A stretch of DNA of 36,672 nt from Bacteroidia bacterium (lineage in GTDB: Bacteria; Bacteroidota; Bacteroidia; JABDFU01): positions 1-36,672 of the forward strand of contig JAEUTS010000340.1 in NCBI GenBank assembly GCA_016787005.1. Direction: 5' to 3'. Below are positions 15,338-24,417 of this stretch, in pieces. A model generated the notes under the pieces. The model was given only the letters and a program-made list of their open reading frames with translations. It was not told the DNA's origin and made no database searches. How positions within the stretch are numbered: the first letter of the stretch is position 1; every line of letters starts with the position of its first letter. A program made the translations under genes and the position numbers.

Positions 15338-16312
15338 CTACCATTTCAATACCCAGGCAAAAATAAGTGGTGCAACAATTGTCGCATCGGACTCTACGAT
15401 AAATTTGGGAGTATTGATATCAAGCTTGCCCCATGTTATTTTTTCATTTGGAACAGCGCCTGAATAGGAGCCATAACTAGTAGTGGAGTCTGAGATCTGG
15501 CAGAAATAAGACCAGAAAGGAACATCGTGCCATTCCAAATCCTGGTACATCATCGGGACAACACAGATAGGAAAATCACCGGCGATACCACCGCCTATCT
15601 GGAAGAAGCCAACCCCTTTGCCGCCGGAATTTTTTCTATACCAGTCCGTCAGCCATATCATATATTCAATACCGCTTTTCATCGTGGTAGGTTTTATTTC
15701 GCCTTTAATACAATAAGAAGCGAAAATGTTTCCCATGGTTGAATCTTCCCAACCCGGGCATATGATGGGAAGATTTTTTTCCGCTGCTGCCAGCATCCAG
15801 GAATCTTTCGGGTCAATTTCATAATGTTCTTTTAAAACTCCGGATAATAACATTTTATACATGAACTCATGAGGCAGGTAACGCTCTCCTTTTTTATCGG
15901 CATCTGCCCATAGTTTATGAATATGTTTTTGTAACCTGCGGAATGCCTCTTCTTCAGGAATGCAGGTGTCTGTAACACGATTAAATCCATCTTCCAGTAA
16001 AGCCCATTCTTCTTTAGGACTTAAGTCACGGTAATGCGGTACCCGTTTATAATGTTTATGTGCGACAAGGTTCATGATGTCTTCCTCAAGATTCGCGCCG
16101 GTACAGGAAATGATATCCACCTTTCCCTGGCGGATCATTTCTGCCAAAGATTTTCCGAGTTCGGCAGTGCTCATAGCTCCGGCCAGGGTGATCATCATTT
16201 TACCGCCTGCAGTTAAATGGGCTTCGTATCCTTTCGCGGCATCGATCAATGCAGCTGAATTAAAATGCAAATAGTGTTTTTCAATAAATTGGGAAATAGG
16301 GCCTCTGTTCAT
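15338..16312 (-). CDS. Deoxyhypusine synthase family protein (bacterial DHS-like / homospermidine-synthase-like)
   Basis: 324 aa. The N-terminus LHFNSAALIDAAKGYEAHL...MMITLAGAMSTAELGKSLAEMIRQGKVDIISCTGANLEED and the C-terminal ESDATIVAPL pattern fit the DHS fold family. Confidence 0.75.
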   Translation of the reverse strand: MNRGPISQFIEKHYLHFNSAALIDAAKGYEAHLTAGGKMMITLAGAMSTAELGKSLAEMIRQGKVDIISCTGANLEEDIMNLVAHKHYKRVPHYRDLSPKEEWALLEDGFNRVTDTCIPEEEAFRRLQKHIHKLWADADKKGERYLPHEFMYKMLLSGVLKEHYEIDPKDSWMLAAAEKNLPIICPGWEDSTMGNIFASYCIKGEIKPTTMKSGIEYMIWLTDWYRKNSGGKGVGFFQIGGGIAGDFPICVVPMMYQDLEWHDVPFWSYFCQISDSTTSYGSYSGAVPNEKITWGKLDINTPKFIVESDATIVAPLIFAWVLKW

Positions 16313-16337
16313 AATATTATATTATATGTTATCATCG

Positions 16338-16345
16338 CAAAAGTA
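16338..16345 (-). promoter_or_regulatory. -7 box (TACTTTTG) for the DHS-like gene
   Basis: Exact TAnnTTTG on the minus strand, 25 nt upstream of ATG 16312. Confidence 0.4.
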
Positions 16346-16412
16346 AATGATTAATGACAATAATGATCATGTTGTGGATAAAATCGGACAAAAAGAATTC
16401 ATGTTAATTTTT

Positions 16413-16420
16413 TAGCTTTG
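16413..16420 (+). promoter_or_regulatory. -7 box (TAGCTTTG) for the PLD-family gene
   Basis: Exact TAnnTTTG ending only 7 nt before ATG 16428. Confidence 0.4.
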
Positions 16421-16427
16421 GACCTGT

Positions 16428-17813
16428 ATGAGGGGCATTTTTTATTTTGGTTTTTTATTCTGTTGTATTGTTTCAATCAGCGCTCAAACAACACTTAACG
16501 GTAAGATAAAAGTATATTTTACCAAATCGGTTGATACCACTGTTTCCAAAGGTATTTATGCGGAGCAATTGTTGAAGGCTGTTGATGATACTTTAGTGGC
16601 CTATATAAACAGGGCAAAGTTCAGTCTGGATATTGCAATCTACAATTATACGTATGCATCCACTATCGCGGATATTGCAGCTGCGATCAATAATGCATAT
16701 AACCGGGGCGTTAAAGTGCGTATTATTTATGATGGCAGCGCAGGTAATACAGGAATACCAAAAGTTTCTTCATTTGTACCAAAGCTGGCCAGTCCACAAG
16801 GATCGAATTATAATATAATGCATAATAAGTTTGTTATTGTAGATGCAAAATCATCAAATGCTACTGATGCAATTGTCTGGACAGGCTCGACAAATTGGTC
16901 GAACAATATGTTTTATCTGGATGCGAACAATGTTGTTATTATACAGGATAAACCCCTTGCATTAGCTTATAGGACCGAGTTTGAGGAAATGTGGGGCGAT
17001 ACAGGTATGATCCCGAATACCACAAATTCGAGGTTCGGTCAGTATAAAACGGATAATACTCAACACCAGTTTATAATTGATGGAAAAACAGTGGAGTTAT
17101 ATTTTAGTCCTTCGGATGATGCAAATTCAAGGATCATTAATGCAATCAGCAAGGCTGATAGTGACCTGGAATTTTGTATGCTTCAGTTCACCCGAAGTGA
17201 TATTGCAAATGCAATAATATCAAAAGCACAAGGGGCAGGTTTTGTGGCCATGGGAATTGAGGATCCTTCAGGTTTATTAGTTGGGCAGACCGTTTATAAT
17301 AATATGAAAGCTGTGATGGGAGATAGTCTGCTTACTGATAACCAGTCGAATTCCACTTTGCATCACAAGTATTTAATTGTTGATCAATCTAATTCAATGG
17401 CTGACCCGATCGTGTTGACAGGTTCTCACAATTGGACTACTTCGGCCAATACAACCAACGATGAGAATACATTAATAATTCATGATTCAACGATCGCAAA
17501 TATTTACTACCAGGAGTTTGTTGCCCGTTTCAAAGAAAGCGGGGGAGTGCTGTCAATGGAAAATGAAGTTCGTGCTGCTGATGCCACTATTTACCCTAAT
17601 CCCGGTGGTGCTGAAATAAATATCAGTATGCCTGTAAATGCGGGCATGAAAACCTTTGTGAAGTTGGAAAATATATTAGGACAGGTATTGTTTTCAGATC
17701 AAATCTTCGATCAGGTTACCAATATAGATGTATCAGACTATAAACGGGGAATGTATTTTTTAAAAATTGCCACCGGCACAACTACATTTGTAAAGAAAAT
17801 CCTGTTGAATTAA
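16428..17813 (+). CDS. Secreted phospholipase D / Nuc-family protein with a T9SS C-terminal sorting domain
   Basis: Signal peptide, then two HKD motifs (MHNKFVIVD...GSTNWS and LHHKYLIVD...GSHNWT). The CTD is IYPNPGGAEINISMP...GMYFLKIATGTTTFVKKILLN. Confidence 0.8.
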   Translation: MRGIFYFGFLFCCIVSISAQTTLNGKIKVYFTKSVDTTVSKGIYAEQLLKAVDDTLVAYINRAKFSLDIAIYNYTYASTIADIAAAINNAYNRGVKVRIIYDGSAGNTGIPKVSSFVPKLASPQGSNYNIMHNKFVIVDAKSSNATDAIVWTGSTNWSNNMFYLDANNVVIIQDKPLALAYRTEFEEMWGDTGMIPNTTNSRFGQYKTDNTQHQFIIDGKTVELYFSPSDDANSRIINAISKADSDLEFCMLQFTRSDIANAIISKAQGAGFVAMGIEDPSGLLVGQTVYNNMKAVMGDSLLTDNQSNSTLHHKYLIVDQSNSMADPIVLTGSHNWTTSANTTNDENTLIIHDSTIANIYYQEFVARFKESGGVLSMENEVRAADATIYPNPGGAEINISMPVNAGMKTFVKLENILGQVLFSDQIFDQVTNIDVSDYKRGMYFLKIATGTTTFVKKILLN

Positions 17814-18586
17814 TTTTCAATAAATCGAATCACTTCTTCCAAAAATTTTTTTGGTTTTTCGGCATGAAGCCAGTGGCCCGCACCTTCAACGGTAACAAAT
17901 TCCGAATCAGGAAAATAATTCCGGATATCCGGAATATCGGAGTCAAGTATATAGCCGGAATTTTCTCCACGTATAAACAATGCGCCGAAATCATTTTTGG
18001 TATACACTCTTGGAGGTTCAATTTCGGCGCCTATGGCGTCGATGTTTTCTTTAATTGCTTTTATGTTGAAGTGCCAATCGAGCCGTATGTCCGTTTTCCA
18101 GTAAATGTTTTTTAATAAAAATTGTTTTGTTCCATCGTCAGCAATATGTTTTGAAAGCATTTCATCCGCTTCTTTACGTGTTTTTATACTACTAAAGTCA
18201 ATAGCCTGCAATGCCTCAAATACCTGTTGATGATGCGGAGGGTAAGATTTTGGTGCAATATCAGCAACAATAAGTTTGTTTATCATTTCCGGATGATCAA
18301 CAGCAAACTGTAATGCTGTTTTTCCTCCCATCGAATGACCAATCACGATCACTTTGTTCAACCCAAGATCATTTATGAGTTCAAAGAGATCTGTGCTCAT
18401 TGCTTTGTAGTTAAACTCATCATCGTGCGGAGAAAGCCCATGATTCCGTTGGTCAACGGCATAGATCTCATAACCTCTTTCGGCCAAATTTTTGGCTTGT
18501 GTTTGCCAGTTGTCGCTTTGGCCGAATAATCCATGAAGGATAATGATGGGTTTTCCTGTTCCGTATTTTCTGTAAAAGAGTTTCAT
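17810..18586 (-). CDS. Alpha/beta-fold hydrolase (esterase-like)
   Basis: 258 aa with HGLFG near the N-terminus, the nucleophile elbow GHSMGG, and a C-terminal GHW(L)H motif. Confidence 0.75.
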   Translation of the reverse strand: MKLFYRKYGTGKPIIILHGLFGQSDNWQTQAKNLAERGYEIYAVDQRNHGLSPHDDEFNYKAMSTDLFELINDLGLNKVIVIGHSMGGKTALQFAVDHPEMINKLIVADIAPKSYPPHHQQVFEALQAIDFSSIKTRKEADEMLSKHIADDGTKQFLLKNIYWKTDIRLDWHFNIKAIKENIDAIGAEIEPPRVYTKNDFGALFIRGENSGYILDSDIPDIRNYFPDSEFVTVEGAGHWLHAEKPKKFLEEVIRFIEN

Positions 18587-18612
18587 TATTGTTGCAGGCG
18601 GTTGTATTCTTG

Positions 18613-19326
18613 TTACTTTAAGGCGCGCAAGTATAGTTGTATGGTGTTTTCCAGTCCAAGATACAAGGCATCTGCTATTAATGCGTGCCCAATCGACACT
18701 TCCAGTAATCCAGGAATGTTTTTCGCAAAATAGTTCAGATTCTGCAGATTGAGGTCATGACCGGCATTCACTCCAAGGTTTAAAGTATTTGCTAAATCAG
18801 CGGCAGCTGTATAAGATCTGATAGCTGCTTCTTTATTACCTGCGAAATTTCTTGCATATGCCTCTGTATACAGTTCAATTCTATCTGTTCCTGTTTTAGC
18901 TGCCGCTTCAATTAATTTTAAATCGGTATCAATGAACAACGATGTCCGGATTTTATTCTTCTTAAATGTATTGATAATTTCCTTCAACAGTTCATGATTT
19001 CTAATAGTATCCCATCCGGCATCTGAGGTTAGAGCGTTGGGTGCATCAGGCACTAATGTTACCTGATCGGGTTTTACTTTAAGTGCAAGCTCAATGAATC
19101 TATCGGAGGGATAGCCTTCAATATTAAATTCCGTCTTTACCAGTGGTTTAAGAGCTAAAACGTCCGCATATCGAATGTGTCGCTCATCGGGTCGTGGATG
19201 CACCGTTATCCCCTGTGCCCCAAATCGTTCGCAGTCCATCGCGACTTTTAAAAGGTCGGGCACATTACCGCCGCGCGAATTACGCAGGGTGGCTATCTTG
19301 TTTATGTTAACACTGAGTTTAGTCAT
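18613..19326 (-). CDS. pdxJ: Pyridoxine 5'-phosphate synthase
   Basis: The internal ATG at 19326 gives [20 protein letters not shown]..., the canonical PdxJ N-terminus. HPRPDERH and EVSIGHALI motifs are present. The upstream extension in the track is unsupported. Confidence 0.9.
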   Translation of the reverse strand: MTKLSVNINKIATLRNSRGGNVPDLLKVAMDCERFGAQGITVHPRPDERHIRYADVLALKPLVKTEFNIEGYPSDRFIELALKVKPDQVTLVPDAPNALTSDAGWDTIRNHELLKEIINTFKKNKIRTSLFIDTDLKLIEAAAKTGTDRIELYTEAYARNFAGNKEAAIRSYTAAADLANTLNLGVNAGHDLNLQNLNYFAKNIPGLLEVSIGHALIADALYLGLENTIQLYLRALK

Positions 19327-19343
19327 GCTTGTTTCTGTATTTA

Positions 19344-19351
19344 CAAAAGTA
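19344..19351 (-). promoter_or_regulatory. -7 box (TACTTTTG) for pdxJ
   Basis: Exact TAnnTTTG on the minus strand, 17 nt upstream of ATG 19326. This supports the shorter pdxJ start. Confidence 0.45.
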
Positions 19352-19434
19352 TTGTTTTTAAAATTCAATGACCTATATAATTCAATAAAACCGGTTTGCA
19401 CAATACACATGTATTCGCTACTATTGTAGCTCAT

Positions 19435-20097
19435 ATGATAGCCGCACAACTTATAAATAAGGAGCTTCCTGTATTGTCGCTTAAGGATAAGATATCAAAA
19501 GCGATTGACCTGATGGATAAGTACAAGGTAGCTCATTTGCCTTTGGTTGAAAAGAATGTTTACCTGGGGCTGGTTTCTGAAAAGGCTTTGTTAGCTCTTG
19601 CTATTCCCAACGAAATACTAAAGGGTCATGTAGATTCATTAGTAAGACCCTTTATGTTTGAGGATCAACATCTGTTTGACGCACTTAAGCTGATAGATAC
19701 ATTTAAAATAAGTCTTGTCCCTGTTTTAAGTAAAGACGAAAAATATATCGGATCGTTTTCGGAATATTCACTTGCTGATTCTATTACCGGTTTGACCGCG
19801 GTGCAGCAACCGGGAGGAATTATCATTCTTGAAATGAATCCGAAAGATTATACACTTACCCAGATTGCAAAAATTGTTGAGGAAAATGACGCTCGTATTT
19901 TAGCCTGTTACCTTACACCCCAGCAGGGAACAGAAAGGATAGAGGTAACATTAAAGATAAATCGAGAAGATCTTTCAGCCATTCTTCAGACATTCAGCCG
20001 GTTCAATTATACTGTAAAGACTTCCTTCCATCAAAGTGAATACGATGAGGATATGCGCAGACGTTTCGAATTGTTTATGAATTACGTTAACATGTAA
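19435..20097 (+). CDS. CBS-pair protein with a C-terminal ACT-like domain
   Basis: I chose ATG 19435 over TTG 19396. Two CBS-like repeats are followed by a small alpha/beta C-terminal domain. Confidence 0.65.
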   Translation: MIAAQLINKELPVLSLKDKISKAIDLMDKYKVAHLPLVEKNVYLGLVSEKALLALAIPNEILKGHVDSLVRPFMFEDQHLFDALKLIDTFKISLVPVLSKDEKYIGSFSEYSLADSITGLTAVQQPGGIIILEMNPKDYTLTQIAKIVEENDARILACYLTPQQGTERIEVTLKINREDLSAILQTFSRFNYTVKTSFHQSEYDEDMRRRFELFMNYVNM

Positions 20098-20186
20098 TTT
20101 GCTTACCGGCTTTTTTTACCTTTATATCATCGAGTAAAATATCAATCCGTGCCGGATCAGCTTTTATATCTGCGCATAATCATCTT

Positions 20187-21620
20187 ATGCAAATATCAAT
20201 GTTAAAGGCGTTAGCCATTTTTTGTTTTTTTAATTTTTCATTGAAGGCAGGTGAATTATTGCCCGATTCTGCCAAAGTTGACCCACAACGCAATTCGAGG
20301 TCTTTTGTGATCAATAACATTACAATTTCCGGGAACAATAAAACAAAAAGCAGGATCATTCTAAGGGAGCTTCCCTTTAAGGCAGGCGATACCATTAGCC
20401 AGCCCGATCTTGATGCCGCCTTGCTTCAGTCGAAAAACAATTTGCTGAACACCCTGCTTTTTATTTTTGTGCGTATCGACACTATTCCTTTTTTTGAACA
20501 TCGTATTGATATTCATATTGATGTTAAAGAACGTTGGTATATTTTTCCTGTACCAATATTTGAAATTGCTGAACGTAATTTCAACACATGGCTCGAAAAC
20601 CCGGATTTGAGACGTGCCAGCTACGGTTTTTACCTGATCGATGAAAATTTCAGAGGTTTAAAAGAGAACCTTGCTCTGAAGGTGAGGTTGGGATACGCTG
20701 AGCAGTATGAGCTTACGTACAGGATTCCGTATATTGATAAGCAGCAGATGTCCGGTCTCGGTTTTGGTTTCAGCTATAACCGGAACCATGAAATTATTTA
20801 CAAAACATTTAATAATAAATTACTTTTTTATAAAAATCTGGCTGTGTATGTCCGCGATGAATGGACAGGTCGGGTTAGCTATACACGCCGTTCAGGTTTA
20901 TACGCTACTCAGACTGCCGAATTGCGATATGTTAAAAGCAGCATTGAAGATTCGGTAGTTTCTCTTACAAAAGATTATTTTTTAGGTGGAGCTAAGTCAT
21001 TTGAACTTTTTATGCTGACTTATGCATTTAAATTTGATCGCCGCGATTCAAGAATATATCCATTAAAGGGATATTATTTCGGCGCTGATTTTGTAAAACA
21101 AGGATTAGGAATATTGGGGAATGAAAATGTTAACCTGTTTTATATTATCGCCTCCGGCCGTAAATACTGGCAATTACATAATCGTTTTTATTTTGGAGCT
21201 TCAGTTAAAGCTAAGCTCTCTATGAATGAAAAACCACCATATTATATACAACGTGCGCTTGGCTTTGGTGATTACGTTCGAGGTTATGAATTATATGTAA
21301 TTGACGGACAAAATTTTGCATTGCTCAAAACTAACCTGCGCTACCAGATTATTAAACCAAGGGTATTGCATTTGGATTTTATTCCTACAGAAAAATTTAA
21401 CACGATACCTTATGCTTTTTATTTTTCGGTTTTTGCTGATGGAGCGTATGTAAAGGATGATTTCTATTATAAAACCAATCCTTTAACTAATAACTGGTTA
21501 CTCGGGAGGGGAGTAGGGGTTGATTTTGTGTCGTACTATGATACTGTAATTCGCTTTGAGTATGCATGGAACCGGATGAGCGAAAATGCCTTTTATATAC
21601 ACTTTACTTCACCATTTTAA
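20187..21620 (+). CDS. Short Omp85-family outer-membrane protein (single POTRA-like domain plus beta-barrel)
   Basis: 477 aa with a signal peptide and a POTRA-like segment (ITISGNNKTKSRIILRELPFKAGDTIS). The beta-barrel has alternating aromatic residues and ends ...YIHFTSPF with a terminal Phe. Confidence 0.7.
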   Translation: MQISMLKALAIFCFFNFSLKAGELLPDSAKVDPQRNSRSFVINNITISGNNKTKSRIILRELPFKAGDTISQPDLDAALLQSKNNLLNTLLFIFVRIDTIPFFEHRIDIHIDVKERWYIFPVPIFEIAERNFNTWLENPDLRRASYGFYLIDENFRGLKENLALKVRLGYAEQYELTYRIPYIDKQQMSGLGFGFSYNRNHEIIYKTFNNKLLFYKNLAVYVRDEWTGRVSYTRRSGLYATQTAELRYVKSSIEDSVVSLTKDYFLGGAKSFELFMLTYAFKFDRRDSRIYPLKGYYFGADFVKQGLGILGNENVNLFYIIASGRKYWQLHNRFYFGASVKAKLSMNEKPPYYIQRALGFGDYVRGYELYVIDGQNFALLKTNLRYQIIKPRVLHLDFIPTEKFNTIPYAFYFSVFADGAYVKDDFYYKTNPLTNNWLLGRGVGVDFVSYYDTVIRFEYAWNRMSENAFYIHFTSPF

Positions 21621-21685
21621 TGAAAATCATCAATAATACGGGTGGAAATTTATCCATACCTTTATAATATCATTTAAACGTACAA

Positions 21686-22564
21686 ATGATTATAGCGGTT
21701 TACGGTCGTCCCAGCAAAGACAACATCTCCCAACACATCCAGCAATTGTTTGATAAGTTGGAAAGTCTGAATGTACAGGTATTGGTTCATGATATATTTT
21801 ATAATCATGTTAAACAACACCTTACGCTTAGTTCCGGAGTAAAAACATTTTCCAAACACGAGCATTTAAAGGGTGTTGCTAATTTTTTACTCAGCATTGG
21901 CGGGGATGGAACTTTGCTAGAAACTATCTCACTGGTGCGCGATTCTGTAATACCAATTTTGGGAATTAACACAGGCCGTTTGGGTTTTCTGGCAAATGTT
22001 TCGAAAGACGAGATCGATGGAGCCATAAATGCCCTGATCAATGATAAATACAATATTGACCGGCGGACACTCCTTCACCTTGAAACCGGTCAATCAACCT
22101 TTGGAGAGCTTAATTTTGCTCTCAATGAGATGACGGTTCATGCCCGTGAATCATCGGTGATGATGACTATTCATACCTATATAAATGGTGAATACCTTAA
22201 TTCATATTGGGCCGATGGTTTAATCGTTGCCACTCCAACCGGCTCAACTGCATATTCATTAAGTTGTGGCGGACCGATCATGATCCCCGATTCAAAAAGT
22301 TTTATTATTACGCCAATAGCACCGCATAATCTGAATGCCCGTCCCCTCGTTATTTCAGATAATGATATTGTCACATTAAAAATTGAGGGCAGGAGTAAAA
22401 GCTTTATGGTGTCTCTTGATTCGCGTTCGGCTATGATTGACTCTACAAGCGAGTTAACGGTAAGCAAAGCAAAATTTCAAATAAACCTTGTACGGCTCGA
22501 TAATCAGAAATTTATTCATACGCTGCGTAACAAACTAATGTGGGGGGTTGACAAAAGAAATTGA
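21686..22564 (+). CDS. nadK: NAD kinase
   Basis: 292 aa with the GGDGT motif (SIGGDGTLL) and the NE..ATPTGSTAYSLSCGGP motif. Confidence 0.9.
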   Translation: MIIAVYGRPSKDNISQHIQQLFDKLESLNVQVLVHDIFYNHVKQHLTLSSGVKTFSKHEHLKGVANFLLSIGGDGTLLETISLVRDSVIPILGINTGRLGFLANVSKDEIDGAINALINDKYNIDRRTLLHLETGQSTFGELNFALNEMTVHARESSVMMTIHTYINGEYLNSYWADGLIVATPTGSTAYSLSCGGPIMIPDSKSFIITPIAPHNLNARPLVISDNDIVTLKIEGRSKSFMVSLDSRSAMIDSTSELTVSKAKFQINLVRLDNQKFIHTLRNKLMWGVDKRN

Positions 22565-22610
22565 TCTTTATTTGCAATAAATTGAAAAACAGGTCGTTAT
22601 TGCTAATGCC

Positions 22611-23456
22611 ATGCGGATTCTAATCATATTCGGCTTATTCTTTGGTATCTCATTTCAAAGTGTGTGTGCTCAGGGATTTACTAAAAGGCGTGATTCCGGA
22701 AGTAAAGAATTATGCCTTTATGGCGGCATGGCTTATTATATAGGTGATCTGAATCAAACCGGTCACTTTATGTATCAGGACCCGGCGGGCGGCTTGGGTT
22801 TTCGTTACAATATCAATTCTCGTTTTGCATTGCGGGCCAATGGATGGGTAGGAAAAATACATGCCAGCGATGTAAATAGTAATTCTGCGGTTCAGCGTCA
22901 ACGCAACCTTAGTTTTGAATCGTTGATCATAGAAGGTTCTGCGCAGGCCGAATTTAATTTTTATCCATTTAAGATCGGGACAGATGAATTTTTCAGTCCT
23001 TATATTTTTATTGGTGTTGGGGGCTTTCACTTTAATCCTCAGGCTAAAATTGGTTCGGACAAGTATGATCTACGCCAGCTATCAACAGAAGGGCAGGGTA
23101 CTGCAGCCAAACCCGGCAGTAAGAGATATAAGCTGACTCAATTAACTATGCCATTTGGCCTTGGCTTTCGTTGGAGCATTGGCCGGCATGTCGGGATCGG
23201 TTTTGAATGGGGAATGCGTAAAACATTTACTGATTATATTGATGATGTAAGTACCACATATCCTGATGCAGCTGCACTGAATAGTCCGGAGGCAATAGTT
23301 TTGTCGGATCGTACACTTAATAAGGATCCCAACATAAGCAATATTGGTCGCCAGCGCGGCGATTCAAAAAATCAGGATTGGTATTCGTTCACAGGTATCA
23401 TTCTTAGCTTTACTTTACCTCAAAAAGAGGCGCCTTGTGCCGGCGTGCAGAAATAA
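22611..23456 (+). CDS. Outer-membrane beta-barrel protein (DUF6089-like)
   Basis: Signal peptide and beta-barrel-like periodicity. The gene sits between nadK and uppS, where I recall this family occurring in Bacteroidota. Confidence 0.55.
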   Translation: MRILIIFGLFFGISFQSVCAQGFTKRRDSGSKELCLYGGMAYYIGDLNQTGHFMYQDPAGGLGFRYNINSRFALRANGWVGKIHASDVNSNSAVQRQRNLSFESLIIEGSAQAEFNFYPFKIGTDEFFSPYIFIGVGGFHFNPQAKIGSDKYDLRQLSTEGQGTAAKPGSKRYKLTQLTMPFGLGFRWSIGRHVGIGFEWGMRKTFTDYIDDVSTTYPDAAALNSPEAIVLSDRTLNKDPNISNIGRQRGDSKNQDWYSFTGIILSFTLPQKEAPCAGVQK

Positions 23457-23499
23457 CGTCTCTTCCTCAAAAACCACACATGCATTAACAAATATTCCG

Positions 23500-23507
23500 T
23501 AGTTTTG
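23500..23507 (+). promoter_or_regulatory. -7 box (TAGTTTTG) upstream of uppS
   Basis: Exact TAnnTTTG, 36 nt upstream of GTG 23544. Confidence 0.4.
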
Positions 23508-23543
23508 CGGGCTGAAAAGTCAGAGTATGAATCTTGATTTTCA

Positions 23544-24305
23544 GTGCCAACAACAAAAGGGAAATTGAGTTTTAAAGAAAAAATAGATATAAGTAAACTA
23601 CCAAAGCATATTGCCATAATAATGGATGGTAATGGTCGTTGGGCCAAACAGCGTGGTGAACACCGGGTTGTTGGTCATCAGCATGGTGTAACTTCGGTTC
23701 GCGAAGCGGTGGAGGCGGCAGCCGAAATAGGTGTACAATATCTTACCTTGTATGCTTTTTCTACTGAAAACTGGAACCGTCCTAAAGAGGAAGTGATGGC
23801 CTTAATGCAATTGCTGGTAAGTACAATAAATAATGAAGTAAAAACACTAAATGAGAATGATATTCGTTTGCAGGCTATCGGTGATCTTGCAAGTTTGCCT
23901 CCTGATTGTCTTGCTGAATTGAAAGAAGCCATGAAAGCAACTGCTTCTAATAAGCGAATGAATCTTGTACTTGCATTAAGTTACAGTTCGCGTTGGGAAA
24001 TAATTAATGCAGTAAAGCAAATAGCAATGGATATTGAAAAGGCAAAGCTTTCGGCTGTTGATATTACCGAAAAAGTGTTTGAGAGTCAATTGTGTACTGC
24101 CGGATTTCCGGAGCCTGAATTGATGATACGTACAAGCGGCGAGCACCGGATCAGCAACTTTTTGCTGTGGCAGCTTTCATACGCGGAATTGTATTTTACA
24201 GATAAGCTATGGCCTGATTTCAGGAAAGAAGATCTGTTTGAAGCAATTGTTGATTACCAAAGCCGTGAACGACGGTTCGGTAAAACAAGTGAACAGCTTG
24301 TTTAA
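23544..24305 (+). CDS. uppS: Isoprenyl transferase (undecaprenyl-diphosphate synthase); GTG start
   Basis: HIAIIMDGNGRWA, YAFSTENW and the C-terminal RRFG motif. Confidence 0.9.
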   Translation: MPTTKGKLSFKEKIDISKLPKHIAIIMDGNGRWAKQRGEHRVVGHQHGVTSVREAVEAAAEIGVQYLTLYAFSTENWNRPKEEVMALMQLLVSTINNEVKTLNENDIRLQAIGDLASLPPDCLAELKEAMKATASNKRMNLVLALSYSSRWEIINAVKQIAMDIEKAKLSAVDITEKVFESQLCTAGFPEPELMIRTSGEHRISNFLLWQLSYAELYFTDKLWPDFRKEDLFEAIVDYQSRERRFGKTSEQLV

Positions 24306-24417
24306 AGGATATTCACTTTCCTTGGATGGCATAGGATAAGACGATTGTTAAAAATAGTTAACAGGATACCTTTTGAAGTATAAAACAGCATCTTTGAATA
24401 CCTATTTTGTATTAAAA

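Noticed and set aside
19327-19449. 41-codon N-terminal extension of pdxJ in the track (start 19449)
   Set aside because: The canonical PdxJ N-terminus begins at ATG 19326, and an exact -7 box (19344-19351) lies inside the extension. The extension also overlaps the divergent CBS gene start.
23527-23568. 13-codon ATG ORF overlapping the uppS GTG start out of frame
   Set aside because: It is too short and featureless to call a regulatory uORF. It probably occurs by chance between the -7 box and the uppS start.
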